From an uncultured virus (IMG/VR IMGVR_UViG_3300043256_000236) (Duplodnaviria > Heunggongvirae > Uroviricota > Caudoviricetes), in the IMG/VR virus record IMGVR_UViG_3300043256_000236, positions 62,001 to 122,944 of that record: 60,944 nt of DNA, one strand, 5' to 3'. Under the pieces are notes generated by a model. The model saw only the letters and a list, made by a program, of their open reading frames with translations. It did not search any database and was not told the DNA's origin. Both the position numbers and the translations under genes were made by a program. This document shows, piece by piece, positions 56,455 to 60,944 of the stretch. Each line of letters starts with the position of its first letter. Position 1 is the first letter of the stretch.

Positions 56455-57328
56455 CTTTCCCTCCGAAAGGATGGCACTTCTTGTGTAAGATTTGTAGTCT
56501 ATTAAAATCAGTTGTCAAATAGCTCTGAGTAGTAGCAAGATGCTCATGGCCTAGGAGTGTCTGAATACATTCAAGGTCCATGCCATTACGCATTAACGTT
56601 GTAGCGCAAGTTCTCCTTAACATATGAGGAGTCACGTGCTGAACTCCAGCTCGGCGAGCAGACGACGTAAGCATGTCCGAAACAGCTCTTCGAGTAAGAC
56701 GATTGCCATCTGTTTTGACGAACATTGCCTTTCGGGACGAGGCCCTTTCTAAATTAACGTAATCCTGAATCTTCTTAACACACTCTTCTGTAGTAGGAAC
56801 GATCCTGTCTACACAACCTTTACCAGATACTCGCATCTCTCGCTTCTTTATATTAATATCCTGTAGATTAAGACTACACAGCTCTGATACTCTCAACCCG
56901 CTATGATACAGCGTCAATATAATAGCGACATTCCTGCGAACGTTAGATGTTCCATATGAGGGCATACTATTTTTAGCAAATGAAACAAGACTATCCACAA
57001 CCTTAGATTCCACCGCATCTATAGTTCTCCTTTCCACGCGAATCGAATTCATAATAGACAGTAAGTTATCATCTAATAGACCAATACTAGTCAAGTGATG
57101 ACACAAACAACGAATAGACATATATTTGCGACGTACGGTTGTATCTATTAGGTTGCTCGATTGTAATCTTTGAATAAAATCTTCAATTAACTCAATAGTA
57201 ATAGTTTGCTTATCAGCAAAGACCATAAATTCCGATACATCCCTAGTATAAGCTTCGATCGTTGCATCAGCCAGGCCAAGTTCCACCTTCATATACGTGT
57301 TAAACTTTTCCCACACTAAGATCGACAT
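56444..57328 (-). CDS. XerC/D-like tyrosine recombinase
   Basis: ELGLA..T..AY..D, LYHSGLRVSEL, GKG..R.VP, TPHMLR.T.AT, LLGH..L.TTQ.Y. Confidence 0.9.
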   Translation of the reverse strand: MSILVWEKFNTYMKVELGLADATIEAYTRDVSEFMVFADKQTITIELIEDFIQRLQSSNLIDTTVRRKYMSIRCLCHHLTSIGLLDDNLLSIMNSIRVERRTIDAVESKVVDSLVSFAKNSMPSYGTSNVRRNVAIILTLYHSGLRVSELCSLNLQDINIKKREMRVSGKGCVDRIVPTTEECVKKIQDYVNLERASSRKAMFVKTDGNRLTRRAVSDMLTSSARRAGVQHVTPHMLRRTCATTLMRNGMDLECIQTLLGHEHLATTQSYLTTDFNRLQILHKKCHPFGGKDAI

Positions 57329-57349
57329 TGCAGTCCTTTCATCGAGTTA

Positions 57350-57377
57350 TTATACGTCAAAAGGTATTGTTTGTTGC
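57350..57377 (-). promoter_or_regulatory. ECF-like promoter GCAAC-N16-CGTATAA
   Basis: Intergenic, upstream of the xer-clpP-sigma operon; spacer shares AATACCT with the 21813 copy. Confidence 0.7.
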
Positions 57378-57392
57378 CAACATTTTCGTCTT

Positions 57393-58220
57393 TTATACTC
57401 TTTTATATTCAGATTCTACTCCGTTTGTTCCATCTTCAAGTGTGACTATATTAAATCCGTGTGCAAAAAGTGGAGCTTTATCTTGTAGAATACGACACAT
57501 TTTGACAGCTAATTTCCGTATCTCAACATCTGCAAACTTACTACCTCTTAACTCTATAAAATGACGCACAGCTCTAGCATTCATAGTCACGAATATCTTA
57601 GTTTCAGTTGCGTTAGGGAGTACTGATCTCGCAGCTTGTCGAGCCTTTTTGCGGCGCTCTAACCCACTTTCGATATCCTTATACATATCCGATAACTTAG
57701 TTGTCAGATCTTCATATAGTTGACGGGATTTCTCACAATGTTCTATCCATGTCCGATATGTATCTGGGTCAGACTTTGCTAACTCCTGAATTGCCGGAGG
57801 TACAACAAACGCGACACTCGATGAATCTACATACCTTTGACTTAACTGTGAAAAAGATGCGATCCGATGACGAACCAATTCATGAGTCAGACTACGAGAA
57901 GCATTCCATATAATAAAATTGAAAACAGCATGTTCTATTGCCGCTCCATGACCTACTTCAATCAAATGCTTTATGTGTTCGTCATGAGTCCTACCCTTTG
58001 GTTTTTCGCCTTCTTTGGCCCATGATTGGTAACAATTCCTCCCGGCCATCTCTACCAACCATTCTCCATCTTTATCACCTAAAGAAATCATAGAATCAAG
58101 TTGATCTGTAAATTCTGGCCAAACATAATTATGATCATCTAAAAATTCCTTAACTCCTTCAATTTCTATAATTACCTTTCCTACTAAAGCTATCTTTGGT
58201 TCTGTCACGAAATTATTCAT
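57393..58220 (-). CDS. thyX: Flavin-dependent thymidylate synthase
   Basis: AGRNCY, GH..IEH, SR..THELVRHRIASFSQLSQRY, AR.VLPN, N.R...HF..LR, EIR. Confidence 0.93.
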   Translation of the reverse strand: MNNFVTEPKIALVGKVIIEIEGVKEFLDDHNYVWPEFTDQLDSMISLGDKDGEWLVEMAGRNCYQSWAKEGEKPKGRTHDEHIKHLIEVGHGAAIEHAVFNFIIWNASRSLTHELVRHRIASFSQLSQRYVDSSSVAFVVPPAIQELAKSDPDTYRTWIEHCEKSRQLYEDLTTKLSDMYKDIESGLERRKKARQAARSVLPNATETKIFVTMNARAVRHFIELRGSKFADVEIRKLAVKMCRILQDKAPLFAHGFNIVTLEDGTNGVESEYKRV

Positions 58221-58780
58221 ACCTTTTCTCCTTGTTTGACTATCATCCAACAATTGCCGTCTACTACAGGTTTCAACCCATTCGATTGAGCAAAAGCATC
58301 GACGACACCACTGACTGATCCCCAAGTATAATCATGACCCCCTAGAATTCCTCCGCATTTAATCTTTGGCCACCACGCTTCTATATCCCTCTTAACATCT
58401 TTCGCAACATGGGAAGCATCTATGAAACAAAAATCAACACTTGTGTCGCGAAACATGGCGGAGGACTCAGCGCTGTCTTCTTTGTGAATATTAAATTGTC
58501 CCAACAGGTTCAATCTCTTCATATTCTCTTTGAAAACTTCCAACATATTTCTTGATCGTTGAGCTTTAGTAGCTGGATCACTAAGACAACCGCCAATACA
58601 ATTATCTACCGCATGATACTCATTATTATTGCGGATACATATAGGGACCATCACCGCAGTGCTCTTACCTGCGAAAAAACCCAACTCTACCACGATGCCA
58701 TTTGTTATCTTATTACATATAGCTGAAACGAACCTCGCATCATTGGGGGCGAACCATCCTTCAATTTGATCCCACCTCAT
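58217..58780 (-). CDS. Class I SAM methyltransferase (Methyltransf_24-like)
   Basis: IEGWF..VELG.F.GKST..FIDASH..V..DI.AW.PK.K.GG.L.GHDY. Confidence 0.85.
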   Translation of the reverse strand: MRWDQIEGWFAPNDARFVSAICNKITNGIVVELGFFAGKSTAVMVPICIRNNNEYHAVDNCIGGCLSDPATKAQRSRNMLEVFKENMKRLNLLGQFNIHKEDSAESSAMFRDTSVDFCFIDASHVAKDVKRDIEAWWPKIKCGGILGGHDYTWGSVSGVVDAFAQSNGLKPVVDGNCWMIVKQGEKV

Positions 58781-58781
58781 T

Positions 58782-59189
58782 CTACATTCCTTTCTTAATG
58801 GCTTTTTCTAAAGCCTTAATCATCGGCAACGCATTATGATTGTCAATGAATAAATAAAATGGTGAACCACTATAACAACAACGAGCTATACCAGCTTTAG
58901 TTAATGGGCATTTTTCACAATCGTCACGTAAACCACTAAAATGCTGGCACAATGCACAAGTCTTGTCAGTAAATTCAAAACACTTTACATCCTCCCCATC
59001 TTCCGCTCTTTGTATGTCTGAAGTATTCATCAAATCGGTACCGTCTAACGACACCTTATGTTTCTTTCTATTAACAGGTTTCAAGCCCAACCACTTTTTC
59101 AATGAATGCTTTAATGCATACCTTGCAGACACTTTATTAGCTGGTGTACTATAGAATTCCTTTTTCCACGATGACAGACTCATTCCCAT
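58782..59189 (-). CDS. Cys-rich hypothetical protein
   Basis: SLKKW.GL..CALC..C..CPL..C pattern. Confidence 0.55.
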   Translation of the reverse strand: MGMSLSSWKKEFYSTPANKVSARYALKHSLKKWLGLKPVNRKKHKVSLDGTDLMNTSDIQRAEDGEDVKCFEFTDKTCALCQHFSGLRDDCEKCPLTKAGIARCCYSGSPFYLFIDNHNALPMIKALEKAIKKGM

Positions 59190-59209
59190 CTCCTTAAATA
59201 GTTCAACAT

Positions 59210-59485
59210 CTACCCCATCTTTTCATGACGTTCTTCTTCTTTTATTCTACCTATCTCTCCTTCAACAAAAATATCTTCACTACAATGATTGGTAAAATCT
59301 TCACACTCATTACACAAATACATATTATAGATTTCATTGATACCTATAACTTTATGAATAGTGAACTCGCATCCGATAGGGAACGATATACAACAACCGA
59401 AACACTTATGGGGCTTCCTTGTCTTAGCAATATGGATTATTCTCAATGTATAACAATCTCTTGGTGATGTCTTAAGTTTTTTCAT
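59210..59485 (-). CDS. Small Zn-finger protein
   Basis: TRKPHKC..C..Y.C..C; RBS AAGGAG. Confidence 0.55.
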   Translation of the reverse strand: MKKLKTSPRDCYTLRIIHIAKTRKPHKCFGCCISFPIGCEFTIHKVIGINEIYNMYLCNECEDFTNHCSEDIFVEGEIGRIKEEERHEKMG

Positions 59486-60941
59486 GACACTCCTTAATCT
59501 TATAAGACAAATCAACACCCTTAAACTCTGCTGGTGCTATAATAGCCAATTGGTCGACAACACGACCCCGTAGATCAACCGCAACATCTAACACGGTCGT
59601 TAATTCCTGATTAGTAACAGTCTCCGGTGTTCTGTGAGGAAACATCAGCTTCAACAGCCCAGACCCAATCCTGACTAACGATCGCTGGTTACGTTGAGAC
59701 ATGTTGCCAAAACAAACATTATCTAGAATAACTGGCGCATAATTCCGATTTCTCATTCTATGCATAATCTCACTTAAATAATCAGCCATGAAACCAACCG
59801 TCTTCGCAAGATTAGACTCCCGTATTTGTGGAATTCTCCATCCGGCTATAAACCCATGAATGCGGTCTAAAAACGCGCGATCTCTATTGACTGCTTGTGG
59901 TAGTGGTGCAAATAGGTTTCGATATCTAGCTGCTACTTCCTTTTTCTCTCTATCACAAGCAATGTTACCAGCGAAGACTAGAGAACATCCTGACGCAAAT
60001 TCTGCAGTACCACGACTTATCCTGCCACTGTTCATATAGTCTTTGAGCATGTCGACAAGATCGCCTTGTCCAGACCATTTATTGCCACCATTATCGCTAG
60101 CAAATTCGTCGAACATAACAACATCCCTGTACCCAATTATTCCCAATTGACGACGTAATTTATCATAAAATAAAGAAGCAACAGTTGTTTTACCTCCAGA
60201 TAAAACAAATCCATGAGAACTCAAAGACTGGTAATTGAATGTCTTACCCGTTTCAGGAGGACCAAGCTCGCATAGATTAATATTCGATTCTACAAAAGGA
60301 ACCAAACGAACCATATATAACAATTTTTCATCATAAGAGAGATTATCCGGGTCGAATCCCATACTAGTAATCATCAAATTCAACCATTCATCATCTGTAA
60401 ATTGTTTTCGACGTTCAACCCATGTGTTCAAATCTATTCCCGTAATCTGTATGGGCTTAAATTCTGTCACAATAAAAGGAAACAACTTGTTTCTTAAAAC
60501 GAAAGAATTATCATATTCTATTTTGAAGACACCCCACGCGCCAGTCGTCAAAAGAACCTCCCCATACTCGGCTATGAGATACGGATCTATCCTGACATTC
60601 TGATTACCCAGAGCAGCTACGTCTACCCAATATTGGTCCCTACTCTCGTCGAACCGACACCTAATACGACCAATCAATATATGGCTACCACGCTCTCGTA
60701 TATTACTCTTTACTAATTCTTTTTCATCAGAGTCCATAAAATGATCATTAAGAAGATTCTCAATACTATCAAGTCCAGGCTTAGGATCTTTCGGATCTAC
60801 CATTGATGAAATCAAATAGTCTACTACAAATGCTGGTAGCTTTCTAAATTGCTCATTCAAACAACCCAAACTCTTATCGACTATTACACCTTCTTCTGAA
60901 AAGACATCCACAATTTTTTGTTTTGTCTCTATTCCAGTCAT
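59472..60941 (-). CDS. brxL: BrxL-like AAA+ ATPase lacking the C-terminal Lon protease domain
   Basis: P.FVVDYL, R..FT..EW...S.G, L.PFVE.N.N..ELGP..TGK, T.A.LFY, D.V.FDE, LKDYM.SG..RG, S.VF.GN, AFLDR.H...GW..P, YLSE..H..R, SGLLKL.FP. Confidence 0.8.
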   Translation of the reverse strand: MTGIETKQKIVDVFSEEGVIVDKSLGCLNEQFRKLPAFVVDYLISSMVDPKDPKPGLDSIENLLNDHFMDSDEKELVKSNIRERGSHILIGRIRCRFDESRDQYWVDVAALGNQNVRIDPYLIAEYGEVLLTTGAWGVFKIEYDNSFVLRNKLFPFIVTEFKPIQITGIDLNTWVERRKQFTDDEWLNLMITSMGFDPDNLSYDEKLLYMVRLVPFVESNINLCELGPPETGKTFNYQSLSSHGFVLSGGKTTVASLFYDKLRRQLGIIGYRDVVMFDEFASDNGGNKWSGQGDLVDMLKDYMNSGRISRGTAEFASGCSLVFAGNIACDREKKEVAARYRNLFAPLPQAVNRDRAFLDRIHGFIAGWRIPQIRESNLAKTVGFMADYLSEIMHRMRNRNYAPVILDNVCFGNMSQRNQRSLVRIGSGLLKLMFPHRTPETVTNQELTTVLDVAVDLRGRVVDQLAIIAPAEFKGVDLSYKIKECHEKT

Positions 60942-60944
60942 TTT

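Noticed and set aside
12263..59467. Many short + strand ORFs opposite the replication and glycan genes
   Set aside because: They are antisense shadows of well-supported, translationally coupled - strand genes
1..60944. CRISPR array, tRNA or rRNA genes
   Set aside because: Intergenic gaps are all under about 90 nt, and I saw no repeat-spacer periodicity or tRNA cloverleaf signatures; a tRNAscan/Infernal run would be definitive
1..60944. Stop-codon reassignment as in some large phages
   Set aside because: Conserved genes are full length in code 11, and TAA, TAG and TGA all end genes at sensible overlaps

Overview
The window looks like part of a large tailed-phage genome: it is densely coded and I see no rRNA, tRNA or CRISPR array. 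Bases 1-11.6 kb (+ strand) are the end of a virion/tail module: a tape-measure-like C-terminus, a LamG-like protein with Ser-Gly-rich repeats, tail/baseplate-like proteins, a paralogous pair, HNH nucleases and a holin-like protein. Bases 11.6-60.9 kb (- strand) carry replication, recombination and nucleotide genes: DnaB, primase, RecA, SSB, RNase H, two Cas4-like nucleases, intein-containing class II RNR, ThyX and dCMP deaminase. The same strand also has two sigma factors, ClpP, a Xer-type recombinase and a BrxL homologue lacking the Lon domain. Highlights: (1) DNA polymerase III alpha is split into two genes with no intein, and a 10-kb glycan-building cassette lies between them (heptose kinase, three GT9-like enzymes, GT12-like, GT90-like and CgeB-like transferases, sulfotransferase, methyltransferases, radical-SAM/methyltransferase fusion). 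A second glycosyltransferase block lies downstream, so the phage may encode its own glycosylation system. (2) A LAGLIDADG intein sits inside a glycosyltransferase. (3) An ECF-like promoter, GSAAC-N16-SGTATAA, occurs four times and a -10-only motif, TGTGTATAA, also recurs; the two classes may match the two sigma factors. (4) One protein resembles plant Whirly ssDNA-binding proteins. All family calls are from motif recognition by eye; no searches were run. Several start codons were adjusted from the ORF track using RBS and gene-overlap evidence.
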